Program-made: the position numbers and the translations under genes
Notes under the pieces: generated by a model
Databases searched by the model: none
Told to the model about the DNA's origin: nothing
Seen by the model: only the letters and a program-made list of their open reading frames with translations
Part shown: piece after piece, positions 63,509 to 64,000 of the stretch
Numbering within the stretch: the first letter of the stretch is position 1
Layout of the letters: the number at the start of each line of letters is the position of its first letter
Virus record (IMG/VR): IMGVR_UViG_3300046517_001864
Span: 3,880-67,879 of that record
DNA length: 64,000 bases
Direction: 5' to 3' (one strand)
DNA from: a virus

Positions 63509-63964
63509 TCATTTGATTACCTTCCGAAACAACTCATCGATTCGCATCGTGGGGGAGGTGTTTGGCCCGAGCTGTACGAAGGTGTCATTCCCAGTTCGGG
63601 GAGATTTTTCCCAATGATTACAACAACCATCCGGGGAGATTTCCCCAGGAGCGGGAGGTCCATCCTCTCCGACTTTCTTACACCGAAGTTTCGCGGGGTT
63701 AAACTCCTCACAACGTTTGCAGGAAAATCCAGCTCGGTTTTCCGTATACCCCGTCGTCGCTCGGGTAGCGGCCCCGTTTCCAGCCATCCGACCTTTGTAC
63801 AAATCCTGCCAAAGATTACACCCTCCGTAGAAGGCTACTTTCGCTTCAGATCCGCTGTACATACTACACAGCCCATCCGCTGTGATAAACGCACATTCGG
63901 AACAGAAATAACACGAACCAGGCGTAAGGACATACCCTGCTTCCGCCTTGGTTACCTTATTCAT
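63509..63964 (-). CDS. Cys-rich protein (151 aa; 12 Cys, CxxC pairs)
   Basis: CYFCSEC, CKRCEEF, CC motifs; upstream of portal. Confidence 0.45.
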   Translation of the reverse strand: MNKVTKAEAGYVLTPGSCYFCSECAFITADGLCSMYSGSEAKVAFYGGCNLWQDLYKGRMAGNGAATRATTGYTENRAGFSCKRCEEFNPAKLRCKKVGEDGPPAPGEISPDGCCNHWEKSPRTGNDTFVQLGPNTSPTMRIDELFRKVIK

Positions 63965-64000
63965 CCTAACGGGCCTGAGTCTTTCGAACTTCCGGTAGTG

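Noticed and set aside
1-64000. Integrase/attP (temperate lifestyle), rRNA, CRISPR-Cas, toxin-antitoxin
   Set aside because: No tyrosine- or serine-recombinase motifs, no rRNA-like conserved stretches, no repeat-spacer arrays were found. The tRNA-like remnant alone is insufficient evidence for an att site.

Overview
This window reads as a near-complete tailed dsDNA phage genome segment with no host flanks. It is very gene-dense, with many ATGA/TAATG start-stop overlaps.

Three transcription blocks are visible:
- Leftward block (1..3759, minus strand). It begins at a perfect-consensus sigma70 promoter at 3766..3794 and encodes a standalone D-glycero-beta-D-manno-heptose-7-phosphate kinase (HldA/HldE domain I-like), a cupin, and small Cys-rich proteins.
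- Rightward early/replication block (4843..34253, plus strand). It encodes many small proteins and zinc ribbons, a family A DNA polymerase with an N-terminal family-4 UDG-like domain, a Cas4/RecB-like nuclease, a Sak4-like ATPase, a DEDD exonuclease, Nudix, HD and HAD phosphohydrolases, and an SPFH/band-7 protein. It also carries a set of amide-bond-forming enzymes: a GCS2/YbdK-type amidoligase with an N-terminal Zn ribbon, a class-II glutamine amidotransferase ('MCGIFG'), an ATP-grasp protein, and two paralogous GNAT-like proteins.
- Leftward late/structural block (34250..63964, minus strand). It holds the portal, scaffold, major capsid, GH73 endolysin, tail fibers with internal repeats, a 1443-aa repeat-domain tail protein, large internal virion proteins, and a RimL-like GNAT. 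It also holds a methyltransferase-GT9 heptosyltransferase fusion embedded among the virion genes.

No terminase, RNA polymerase, integrase, rRNA or CRISPR array was recognised in the window.

The two most interesting systems are:
- An amidoligase/GATase/ATP-grasp toolkit together with nucleotide-pool hydrolases, consistent with DNA base hypermodification or a peptide-like tag.
- A phage-encoded heptose activation plus heptosyltransferase set, suggesting heptosylation of virion proteins or other targets.

All calls rest on motif reading by eye; no searches were run.
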